A stretch of 31,927 bases of DNA from a virus (taxonomy: Duplodnaviria; Caudoviricetes): positions 1 through 31,927 of IMG/VR virus record IMGVR_UViG_3300042807_000639; one strand, given 5' to 3'. The stretch's first letter is position 1, and each line of letters begins with the position of its first letter. The notes beneath the pieces were generated by a model. That model ran no database searches, was not told the DNA's origin, and worked only from the letters and a program-made list of their open reading frames with translations. Shown one piece after another: positions 1 to 8,163 of this stretch. The position numbers were made by a program, and so were the translations under genes.

Positions 1-6
1 CTCCCC

Positions 7-453
7 ATGCTGATCAATGCCAAAGGCAGCGAGCTGCTCGCCCTGCTGGCCACCATCGACCCCGCCAGTCAGGCCGCTGGCACCGCCACCACCGGCTGGA
101 TTCCCGCCGCGCACCACCATGCGTTTCTCGCGCTTATCCAGACTGGCGTTCTGGGCACTGGCGCCACGGTGGACGCCAAGTTGCAACAGGCGAGCGACGC
201 AAGCGGCGCCGGCGCGAAGGACATCACCGGCAAGGCCATCACCCAAATCACCAAGGCCAGCGGCGACAACAAGCAGGTACTCATCAACCTGCGCCCGGAA
301 GAACTGGACACCGTCAATGGCTATGGCTTCGTTCGCCTCTCGCTCACCGTCGGCGGTGCAGCGAGCGTCACTGCGGCGCAGATCCTTGGCGTCAATCCGC
401 GCGTGTTGCCGGCTGACAGCACCAATCAGGCCGCAGTGGCCCAGATCGTCTGA
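7..453 (+). CDS. Phage hypothetical protein, probably head-associated (decoration-like)
   Basis: 148-aa Ala/Gly/Thr-rich ORF directly upstream of the head-tail connector. Function is inferred from position only. Confidence 0.6.
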   Translation: MLINAKGSELLALLATIDPASQAAGTATTGWIPAAHHHAFLALIQTGVLGTGATVDAKLQQASDASGAGAKDITGKAITQITKASGDNKQVLINLRPEELDTVNGYGFVRLSLTVGGAASVTAAQILGVNPRVLPADSTNQAAVAQIV

Positions 454-456
454 GCC

Positions 457-1080
457 ATGCCACTGCAACTCGTCACCCCACCCGCAGGGGAGCCGGTCTC
501 GATTGCCGAGGCAAAGCTGCACCTGCGGGTGGACGGTAACGACGATGACCTGCTGATCGGCTCACTCATCACCGCGGCCCGGCAGGCAGCCGAGACCCTG
601 ACCGGCAGGCAGTTGATCACTGCTCGCTGGAAGTTGGTACTCGATGCCTTTCCCGGGCCGTCACTGATGCAATCCGCTCTTGGCGCGTCATTTAGCTTGC
701 CCGGTCACGCGATCCTGCTCGCCAAATGCCCGGTTCAGGCGGTGGTGAGCATCGAGTATCTGGACATGAATGGCACCACTCAGGTGATGCCAGCCAGTGA
801 CTATGTGCTCGATACGGCCTGCGAACCGGCACGTCTGACGCCGGTCTTTGGCAAGACCTGGCCGCCTACCTTGCCTCAGATCGGTGCTGTTTCAGTCACC
901 TTTGATGCGGGCTACGGCGCTGCCAGTGCAGTGCCCGAGGGCCTCAAAAGCTGGATCAAGCTGCGTGTGGGCAGTCTTTACGGGCATCGGGAAGAGATGT
1001 CCGTGCTCTCTCGCGGTCGAATTGATCCCTTGCCCTTTGTGGATGGACTTCTCGACGGCTTCAAGGTGAGCCTCGTATGA
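457..1080 (+). CDS. Head-tail connector protein (HK97 gp6 / phiE125 gp8-like)
   Basis: N-terminal EPVSIAEAKLHLRVD...DDLLIGSLITAARQAAE and C-terminal AGYG..VPEGLKSWIKLRVGSLYGHRE. Confidence 0.9.
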   Translation: MPLQLVTPPAGEPVSIAEAKLHLRVDGNDDDLLIGSLITAARQAAETLTGRQLITARWKLVLDAFPGPSLMQSALGASFSLPGHAILLAKCPVQAVVSIEYLDMNGTTQVMPASDYVLDTACEPARLTPVFGKTWPPTLPQIGAVSVTFDAGYGAASAVPEGLKSWIKLRVGSLYGHREEMSVLSRGRIDPLPFVDGLLDGFKVSLV

Positions 1081-1427
1081 GCGTCATCAGCGCCGGGCAA
1101 CTGAATCACCGCGTGCGCATTCAGCAGCCAACCACGGTCAAGGACGCCCTGGGGGCTCCGACTCAGGCCTGGGCAGATGTGGCCACGGTCTGGGCAGACA
1201 TCCAGCCGCTTTCGGGCCGGGAGGCTCGGATTGCAGACCGGGTGGCGGCGGAGGTGACGCATCAAATCACGGTGCGCTACCGACCCGACCTCGACGACCC
1301 CCAAGCCGTTGCTCGTATGCGTGTGCTGTTTCGAGGGCGGGTCTTCTCCATTCACGCAGCACTCAACGACGACGAGGCCAATGTCGCCGTCACCTTGTTG
1401 GCAACCGAAGGACTTCGAGATGGCTAG
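1077..1427 (+). CDS. Head closure / head-tail adaptor (SPP1 gp16-like)
   Basis: AGQLNHRVRIQ...W.DVATVWADIQPLSGRE...HQITVRYR; ATGA overlap with the previous gene. Confidence 0.9.
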   Translation: MSVISAGQLNHRVRIQQPTTVKDALGAPTQAWADVATVWADIQPLSGREARIADRVAAEVTHQITVRYRPDLDDPQAVARMRVLFRGRVFSIHAALNDDEANVAVTLLATEGLRDG

Positions 1428-1908
1428 GGTTGAAACAGTACGCATTGAGGGCCTGGCGCAACTTGATCGCGCGCTTCGCGAACTGCCCCAACGCATCGCC
1501 AACCGGGGGCTGAGAGCCTCGGTCTATGCCGGGGCCAAGGTGATCCGCGATGAAGCCCGCGCTCGGGCGCCCAAGGCTGCTCAGTCGCTTGGCCCCAAGC
1601 AGCCGCCACCTGGAACGCTCAAACGCTCTGTGATCATGAAACACATCCGTGAGCTTTCCGGCGGTGGGCGCCAGACGTTCTATGTGCTGGTCCGCTATGG
1701 CAAGAAATATCGCAACCAAGGCAAGCGCGGCAACCTGTCGCAAGACGCCTGGTACTGGCGCTTTGTAGAGTTCGGCACCCGCAAGATGGCTGCCCGGCCC
1801 TTCCTGCGACCAGCACTCGAGTCCCGCAGGCGTGAAGCTGTAGACGCCATCAAGCAGCGCTTGGCCCAACGAATCGAGATCGAGGCGAAAGCCTTGAATG
1901 GGCGCTAG
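1420..1908 (+). CDS. HK97 gp10-family tail-associated protein
   Basis: IEGLAQLDRAL...WYWRFVEFGTRKMAARPFLRPA. Start reassigned to ATG at 1420 rather than the ORF-track start at 1309. Confidence 0.9.
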   Translation: MARVETVRIEGLAQLDRALRELPQRIANRGLRASVYAGAKVIRDEARARAPKAAQSLGPKQPPPGTLKRSVIMKHIRELSGGGRQTFYVLVRYGKKYRNQGKRGNLSQDAWYWRFVEFGTRKMAARPFLRPALESRRREAVDAIKQRLAQRIEIEAKALNGR

Positions 1909-1910
1909 CG

Positions 1911-2246
1911 ATGCAGGACTTTTATGACGCCATCAAGCATCTGGCCTCCGGTCAGGTGTTCGCCGTTGTCGCACCCGCGGACGCCCAGTACCCAACGCTG
2001 GTCTACACGCCCATTGACGAGGAACGGGTCATCGCACTTGACGGCCCCAACCCGCTCAAGCGCTCCCGGGTGCAGGTGGATGCATACGCCCGAACGCTCG
2101 TGGCCTGCGAACAGTTGCAAGACCAAGTGCTCACGGCCTTGCTCGCTGACATCAACACCGTGGCCGATGTGCGCATGGGCCTGACAGATTTCGGCCCTCA
2201 AGCCGGGATCTACCGGATCTCTGTGGACTTCACCTACTACCGGTAA
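1911..2246 (+). CDS. Tail completion/terminator protein (DUF3168-like)
   Basis: YPTLVY...RVQVDAYA...YRISVDF; lies between gp10 and the tube gene. Confidence 0.8.
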   Translation: MQDFYDAIKHLASGQVFAVVAPADAQYPTLVYTPIDEERVIALDGPNPLKRSRVQVDAYARTLVACEQLQDQVLTALLADINTVADVRMGLTDFGPQAGIYRISVDFTYYR

Positions 2247-2291
2247 CGGTGGTCGTGCGGTCCTTTTTCAAAACCCACCTGGAGGCCTTTC

Positions 2292-2705
2292 ATGCCTAGT
2301 ACTGCGATCACCGCGCAGGGCATCACCATTGCCCGGTTCGGTACCACCACCTTTGAAACCATCCCCAACGTCGTGTCCTTCCAAGGACCCGGCGGCCAGG
2401 CATCGGTCATTGACGTCACCAACCTGGCATCAACCGCCAAGGAAAAGCGGGTAGGTCTTCGCGATGAAGGCCAGCTCTCGCTGTCTTTGCACTTCAACCC
2501 CGATGACACCGTGCATCAGGGGCTGCGCACCGACCGCGCGAACCGCACCCGTCGGCAATTCAAGATCACCTTCACCGACACGACCCCGGCTGCCACCTGG
2601 ACCTTCTACGGCTATGTGACGCAGTTCAGCGTCCAAGGCGGCGTGGATGCGGTGGTCGAGGCCAGCGTCACGATTGAAATCGATGGCGATATTACGGAGG
2701 CATGA
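2292..2705 (+). CDS. Major tail tube protein
   Basis: IDVTNLASTAKEKRVGLRDEGQLSL...FYGYVTQFSVQGGVDAVVEASVTIEIDG; GGAGG RBS at 2281. Confidence 0.9.
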   Translation: MPSTAITAQGITIARFGTTTFETIPNVVSFQGPGGQASVIDVTNLASTAKEKRVGLRDEGQLSLSLHFNPDDTVHQGLRTDRANRTRRQFKITFTDTTPAATWTFYGYVTQFSVQGGVDAVVEASVTIEIDGDITEA

Positions 2706-2710
2706 AGCGC

Positions 2711-3055
2711 ATGAATATTCTTTCCAAAGAAGCGATCTTGGCCGCTGATGATCTGCCACGTGAGTCGGTCAGCGTTCCTGAATGGGGCGGTGACGTTCTG
2801 GTGCGCACCATGAGCGGCACCGATCGCGACGCCTTCGAGGCCAGCCTGCTTGAAAAGGACGGCCGCATGGAAAACGTCCGCGCACGGCTGGTGGCACTCA
2901 CCCTTTGCGATGCCCAAGGCGATCGCCTGTTCGACGACGGCGAGATCGCCGCACTGGGCCGAAAAAGTGCTCGCGCGCTGGACCGCGTGTTCTCGGTGGC
3001 ACAACGCCTCAACGGCATCGGCGTCGAACGGGTAGACGCTGCAAAAAAGGGCTAA
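2711..3055 (+). CDS. Tail assembly chaperone gpG-like
   Basis: LSKEAILAADDLPRESVSVPEWGGDVLVRTMSG. GGAGG at 2696-2700 is 10 nt from ATG 2711 but only 1 nt from ATG 2702. The gene ends at a slippery site. Confidence 0.88.
   Translation: MNILSKEAILAADDLPRESVSVPEWGGDVLVRTMSGTDRDAFEASLLEKDGRMENVRARLVALTLCDAQGDRLFDDGEIAALGRKSARALDRVFSVAQRLNGIGVERVDAAKKG
3043..3049 (+). other. Programmed -1 ribosomal frameshift heptamer (A AAA AAG) producing gpGT
   Basis: In-frame gcA AAA AAG ggc taa at the end of gpG. The -1 frame is open to 3384. Confidence 0.88.
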
Positions 3056-3384
3056 AGGCCAACCCCTTTCGGCGCGCTGTCTTTCGGCTCGCACTCGCCT
3101 TGGGTATGCCGGTTCGTGAGCTGCTGGCCCGTGTGGGATCGGATGAGCTGACTGAGTGGATGGCCTTTTACCAACTGGAACCCTTTGGCGAGATGCGAGC
3201 CGATCTGAGAAGTGGCGTGGTTGCCGCGACCTTTGCCAATGCCCATCGAACCAAAGACGCCAGAGCGTTCACGCCTGAAGACTTCATGCCCTACATCGAG
3301 CGAACAACACCCAAAGACGACGCTCGCCTCAATGTCGCCCGCTTCAAGGCAATGTTTGCCCACAAGGTGAAAAAGCATGGCTGA
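3049..3384 (+). CDS. gpT-like C-terminal part of the gpGT frameshift fusion
   Basis: The -1 frame reads GLKANPFRRAVFRLALALGMPVRELLA..SDELTEWMAFYQLEPFG, which is typical gpT-like sequence. No convincing start of its own. Confidence 0.85.
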   Translation, partial: GLKANPFRRAVFRLALALGMPVRELLARVGSDELTEWMAFYQLEPFGEMRADLRSGVVAATFANAHRTKDARAFTPEDFMPYIERTTPKDDARLNVARFKAMFAHKVKKHG

Positions 3385-5839
3385 TTTGGGGTCTTTGGTC
3401 GTCAAGCTGTCGGCCGAGACTTCTGAGTTTCGGGCGGACCTGGGACGCACGGCTCGTCTGCTGGATCGCCATGCCAGCGACATGAAGTCATCCATGCAGC
3501 AGGTCGCCAGTGTGGCCAGGACGGCGTTCGCCGTGGTGATTGGTGCCACCTCTGTTGCCGCATTGCGGGACTTTGTGACCCACACGCTGGAGGCGGCGGC
3601 GGCGCTTCAGGGCTTATCGGAGCAGACCGGCGCAAGCGCTGCGGCGCTCTCAGGATTCGCACCGGTTGCGACCATCTCAGGCACGGCCATGGAGGCGATC
3701 GGCGCAAGTCTGGCCAAGTTATCAAAGGGGCTGGCAGGCGTTGACGACGAAACCGCCGGTGCGACCAAGGCACTCCAGTTCCTGGGGGTCCGCGCCAAGG
3801 ATGCCAGCGGCAACCTGCGCGACCCCGCGGAGGTCATGAACGATGTCGCGCTCAAACTTGCAGCGTTTGAAGATGGCGCTGGCAAGACGGCCATCGCGAT
3901 GGAGCTCTTTGGGAAGTCCGGGGCAACGATGCTCCCGTTCCTCAAGGATCTGGCGGAGAACCAGGACCTCAATATTCGGCTGACCGCCAAGCAGATCGAG
4001 GAAGCCGACAACGCATCCAAGGCCATGGCTCGTATGCGCGCCGAATCGAACTTTGTGGCGCAGACCTTGGTCACCGCCGCCATCCCGTCGATGTCGGTGC
4101 TGTTCCAAGAGCTCAAGAATGTGGTTTTGGGGACGGACAACGCGGTCGATGGAGTACAGCGCCTGCGCTCTGAAGGCACGCTCACCAACTGGGCAGAAAA
4201 GACGGCCTACGCCATCGCCGTGGTCATTGATGCTCTGCGAGGGATTGGTCACACCATCAAGTCGGTGATTGGCAGCTTTTCTGCTGTCTGGGCCGACATC
4301 GAGTTGGCCGGTACATTCCTGGCGGGTGGCAAGGGTCTCAACCCGTTTTCTGAAGAGAACCGCGCACGGCTGCAAGCAGCGCTTGAAAAGCGCAATGCCA
4401 TCGTCGCGCAGGCCAATCAAAACTATGTCGACCTCTGGGACATGCCGCTGCTGGCCGATGCGGTCACACGGAGGTTCGAGGACATTCGCAAGGGGACCGA
4501 GGCGTCCAACGCCGTCACGCAAGCGGCCATGCCTAGAAAGCGCCTGAACTACAGCACGGCAACGGGCGCAGTCACTGCCAACGCCATGGCGGGCATCGAC
4601 AGCGAGATCAAGCGCCTGCAGGGCCAAGTGGATGTGGAAAGCGCCATCCTCAAAGACCGGCAGCGAATCATCGACCTCTACGAGAGCCAGGGCTACATCA
4701 GCTTCAAGGAGGCGACCGAGGCTCGTCTGGCAGCGCAGGAAGATTTCACCGAAAAGCTTCGGGCACTGACGAACGAGGAAGAAGCGATCCTGCGCCGTGG
4801 GCTCGAATCGGTGGCCAAGACCACTCAGGACAAGCTCAAGCTGCAGGACCGGCTCGCGGAGATCCTCCTCAAGCGCCAGCGGCTGGAGCGCGAAGCCCAG
4901 CAGTCCAACGTGGAGCGCCAGATTCGTCTGCCCGGCGAGACGATGAGGGATTTAGCCGAGCAGGCGGCGCGAGGACAAAACGAGCTGCGGGCGATCGAGG
5001 AGCAGATCAAGACCCTGCGTGAGACGGGCGCGATCAGCGAACTGGAGTCCCTGCGCCGGTTGGCAGCCGCCCGCCGCGATAGCGCCACCCAACTCGCCAC
5101 GCTGGCGGCTCAGGCCCGCGAATTGGCAGAATCAGCGCCGGGCAACGAAAAGCTGGCCGATGCACTGAAAAAGATCGAGGAATCTGCCCGTCAGGCTGCC
5201 GATGGCGCCACCTTGCTCAATCAGCGCGTCAAGGCGCTCGCCGACCCAGAGACTGGGTTTTCCAAGGGTCTGCGCTTGGTTGCCGAAGAAGCCGAGCAGA
5301 TTGGCAAGCAGTTGGAGTCGGCCACGGTGCGCGCCTTCAACGGGATGACCGATGCATTGGTCGATTTTGTCATGACGGGCAAACTCAATTTCCGCAACCT
5401 CGCCTTGTCCATCATTCAGGATCTGATCCGCATCCAGATTCAGCGTGCAATCACACTGCCCCTGGCCAATGCAGTGGGCAGCTTCTTTGGCTTTGCCACT
5501 GGCGGCGTGATGACAGCCTCTGGCCCCATGGCGCTGCGCAGCTATGCATCGGGCGGCATTGCTAACTCGCCACAGTTGGCGCTGTTCGGCGAGGGCAGCA
5601 AGCCCGAAGCCTATGTGCCGCTGCCAGATGGTCGCACCATCCCGGTCACGATGAGCGGGGGCGCATCCGGAGGGGATGTGTTCAACATCTCGGTCAGCGT
5701 CTCGGATGCAGGCGCGTCCAGCCGTGGGGACGACCCGGGCGGTCGCGATCTCGGTCGAGCGATCGCCAGCGCCGTGCGCCAGGAACTGCTTGCCCAAAAG
5801 CGAGCCGGCGGACTGCTCGATGCTCGCAGGGCGGTGTAA
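3377..5839 (+). CDS. Tail tape measure protein (lambda-like C-terminus)
   Basis: 820 aa, Ala-rich and helical; starts MADLGSLVVKLSAETSEFRADL; C-terminal FVMTGKLNFRNLALSIIQDL, FATGG, GEGSKPEAYVPL and KRAGGLL. Confidence 0.95.
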   Translation: MADLGSLVVKLSAETSEFRADLGRTARLLDRHASDMKSSMQQVASVARTAFAVVIGATSVAALRDFVTHTLEAAAALQGLSEQTGASAAALSGFAPVATISGTAMEAIGASLAKLSKGLAGVDDETAGATKALQFLGVRAKDASGNLRDPAEVMNDVALKLAAFEDGAGKTAIAMELFGKSGATMLPFLKDLAENQDLNIRLTAKQIEEADNASKAMARMRAESNFVAQTLVTAAIPSMSVLFQELKNVVLGTDNAVDGVQRLRSEGTLTNWAEKTAYAIAVVIDALRGIGHTIKSVIGSFSAVWADIELAGTFLAGGKGLNPFSEENRARLQAALEKRNAIVAQANQNYVDLWDMPLLADAVTRRFEDIRKGTEASNAVTQAAMPRKRLNYSTATGAVTANAMAGIDSEIKRLQGQVDVESAILKDRQRIIDLYESQGYISFKEATEARLAAQEDFTEKLRALTNEEEAILRRGLESVAKTTQDKLKLQDRLAEILLKRQRLEREAQQSNVERQIRLPGETMRDLAEQAARGQNELRAIEEQIKTLRETGAISELESLRRLAAARRDSATQLATLAAQARELAESAPGNEKLADALKKIEESARQAADGATLLNQRVKALADPETGFSKGLRLVAEEAEQIGKQLESATVRAFNGMTDALVDFVMTGKLNFRNLALSIIQDLIRIQIQRAITLPLANAVGSFFGFATGGVMTASGPMALRSYASGGIANSPQLALFGEGSKPEAYVPLPDGRTIPVTMSGGASGGDVFNISVSVSDAGASSRGDDPGGRDLGRAIASAVRQELLAQKRAGGLLDARRAV

Positions 5840-6178
5840 ATGCCGACCTTCACCTGGACCCCGTCGCTCGGGGCCAACCTGTCGATGCGGCCCAACGTGC
5901 GCCGCGTGGCGTTTGGCGATGGCTACGAGCAACGATTGGCCTTTGGGATCAATACGCAGCCTCAGGTCTGGTCGCTGGAGTTTCGAGGCCGCACCAGTGC
6001 CGAGGCGGCCGCAATCGATGCGTTCTTGCGCTCACGCGGTGCCGTGCAGGCCTTCGACTGGACCCCGCCCGGAGGGATTACTGCCAAGTTCGTGTGCGAG
6101 GAGTGGAGCCGTTCGGTGGATGAACCCAACATCGAATCGGTGCGAGCCACCTTCAAACAGGTGTTCGATCTGTCATGA
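5840..6178 (+). CDS. Minor tail protein gpM-like (distal tail)
   Basis: TFTWTP...VAFGDGYEQR..GIN...FDWTPP...ATFKQV. Confidence 0.93.
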   Translation: MPTFTWTPSLGANLSMRPNVRRVAFGDGYEQRLAFGINTQPQVWSLEFRGRTSAEAAAIDAFLRSRGAVQAFDWTPPGGITAKFVCEEWSRSVDEPNIESVRATFKQVFDLS

Positions 6179-6879
6179 CCGCAGTTGCCATCACTTCCGA
6201 GATCCAAAAGCTCGCGCCCAGCAGCGTGATCGAGCTCTTTGTGCTGGATCTGGCGCTCTTCGGGCAGGGGCCGGTGCGCTTCCACGCCGGCACCAACGCC
6301 TTGCAGCAGCGGGTTGTCTGGCAGGGCAACGCCTACGAGGCATTCCCCATTGAGGTCGAGGGATTCGAATTCAATGGCAATGGCCAAGTACCGCGGCCTC
6401 GCCTGCGAGTGGCCAATGTCACCGGCGCGATCACGGCGCTGGTGCTCACCTACCAGGACTTGGTGGGCGCCAAGATCACGCGCAAGAGAACGCTTGCGAA
6501 ATACCTCGATGCGGTGAACTTTGAGGGTGGCGTCAATCCGACAGCCGATCCATCGGCCGAATTTGCCGATGACATCTACTACGTCGATCGCAAGTCCAGA
6601 GAAACGCGGGATGTGGTCGAGTTTGAATTGGCCGCATCGTTCGATCTGGAAGGCGTCACACTCCCGCGCCGGCAGATCGTTCAAAACGTCTGTCCCTGGC
6701 GCTACCGCGGCTCGGAGTGTGGCTACACCGGCACAGCCTACTTCGATGCCAACGATCATGCGGTTGGCTCCAGCAGCTTGGATGTCTGCGGCAAGCGTCT
6801 GTCGTCCTGCCAAGCCCGGTTTGGGCAGAACGCTGAGTTGCCCTTTGGTGGCTTTCCGGCTGCAGGACTGATTCGCTGA
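6175..6879 (+). CDS. Minor tail tip protein gpL-like (Fe-S binding)
   Basis: RKRTLAKYLDAVNF; four C-terminal Cys (CPWRYRGSECGY...CGKRLSSC); PFGGFP. Confidence 0.95.
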   Translation: MTAVAITSEIQKLAPSSVIELFVLDLALFGQGPVRFHAGTNALQQRVVWQGNAYEAFPIEVEGFEFNGNGQVPRPRLRVANVTGAITALVLTYQDLVGAKITRKRTLAKYLDAVNFEGGVNPTADPSAEFADDIYYVDRKSRETRDVVEFELAASFDLEGVTLPRRQIVQNVCPWRYRGSECGYTGTAYFDANDHAVGSSSLDVCGKRLSSCQARFGQNAELPFGGFPAAGLIR

Positions 6880-7595
6880 TGCTTCCCGAAAATCAGGCGC
6901 TGGCGCTCGATCATGCCCACGAGAGCTATCCGCGCGAGTCGTGTGGGCTGCTCGTGATCCGAAAAGGTCGGGAGGTGTACTGGCGCTGCCGAAACATCGG
7001 CGTAGGTACCGACCAGTTCGTGATTCACCCCGAGGACTACGCCAATGCCGAAGAACAGGGCCAGATCGTTGCCGTGGTGCACAGCCACCCTGGTCTGCCG
7101 CCCGAGCCGAGTCAGGCAGACCGGGTGGCGTGTGAGGCCAGCGGCCTGCTCTGGCACATCGTGAGTGTGCCGAGCGATGCCTGGGCCAGCATTACGCCAA
7201 TGGGCTACGTTGCCCCATTGGTGGGCCGCGAGTGGTCCCACGGCGTGCTCGACTGCTACGCACTGATCCGCGACTGGTTCCGCATGGAGCGCGGTGTGGA
7301 ATTACCCAACTTCGCGCGCTTTGACGATTGGTGGAAACGCGGTGAGAACCTGTACATCGAAAACTTCGCGCGAGCCGGCTTCGCCCCGGTGAACGCGAGC
7401 GACCTCCAGGCTGGGGACTGCTTTCTCATGCAGGTGGCATCCCCCGTTCCGAATCACGCCGCGGTGTATCTCGGCGACGGACTGATCCTGCATCACTTGC
7501 AGGGGCGTCTGTCCAGCCGCGATGTCTACGGCGGCTACTGGCAAAAAGTCACAACACACATCCTCAGGCATGGTCACGGTCATTCTTCTCGGTGA
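6879..7595 (+). CDS. Tail assembly protein gpK-like (JAB/MPN + NlpC/P60)
   Basis: ESCG...HSHP...PSQAD (JAB) and DCY...NHAAVY...LHH (NlpC/P60). Confidence 0.95.
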   Translation: MLPENQALALDHAHESYPRESCGLLVIRKGREVYWRCRNIGVGTDQFVIHPEDYANAEEQGQIVAVVHSHPGLPPEPSQADRVACEASGLLWHIVSVPSDAWASITPMGYVAPLVGREWSHGVLDCYALIRDWFRMERGVELPNFARFDDWWKRGENLYIENFARAGFAPVNASDLQAGDCFLMQVASPVPNHAAVYLGDGLILHHLQGRLSSRDVYGGYWQKVTTHILRHGHGHSSR

Positions 7596-8163
7596 ACTTG
7601 GGCGCCGCTTCGGCCGCAGGCATAGCCTCGCCGTCTCATCTGCAGCGGAGGCCATTCGGGCGCTGGCGGCCAATTTCCCGGCCTTTGAGCGGGAGTTGGT
7701 GGCCTCAGGCGAGCGTGGCGTGGGTTATCGCGTGCTGGCCGGCCGTGAGGCATTGACGCTGGACCGCTTGCACGAGCCCACAGGGCAAAACCGCATCACG
7801 ATCGCGCCGGTGGTCTCTGGCGCAGGCGGCAATGGCCTCGGTCAGATATTGCTGGGCGCTGCCTTGCTGGCCGTGGCCTGGTGGAATCCGTTGGGCTGGG
7901 CTGCGGCAGGCGCGTTTTTGTCGCAGGCCACGCTCTACTCGGTGGGTACCGCCATGATCTTGGGTGGCGTGGCGCAGATGATCGCCCCCACCCCGAAGGC
8001 CACCGAACCCTCTGAGCGCCCGGAAAACAAGCCCAGCTACAGCTTCAATGGCGCGGTCAACACCACCGCCCAGGGTCACCCCGTGCCAGTGGGTTACGGC
8101 CGGCTGATCGTGGGCTCGGCGGTAATCAGCGCCGGTATCGACGTGGATGAAATTGCCGCATGA
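7570..8163 (+). CDS. Tail assembly protein gpI-like
   Basis: LLGELGRRFGR...AEAIRAL...SYSFNGAVNTTAQGHPVPVGYG. Start reassigned to ATG 7570. Confidence 0.93.
   Translation: MVTVILLGELGRRFGRRHSLAVSSAAEAIRALAANFPAFERELVASGERGVGYRVLAGREALTLDRLHEPTGQNRITIAPVVSGAGGNGLGQILLGAALLAVAWWNPLGWAAAGAFLSQATLYSVGTAMILGGVAQMIAPTPKATEPSERPENKPSYSFNGAVNTTAQGHPVPVGYGRLIVGSAVISAGIDVDEIAA

Noticed and set aside
2247-2291. Possible terminator before the tail tube gene
   Set aside because: A T5 tract is present but there is no convincing stem.
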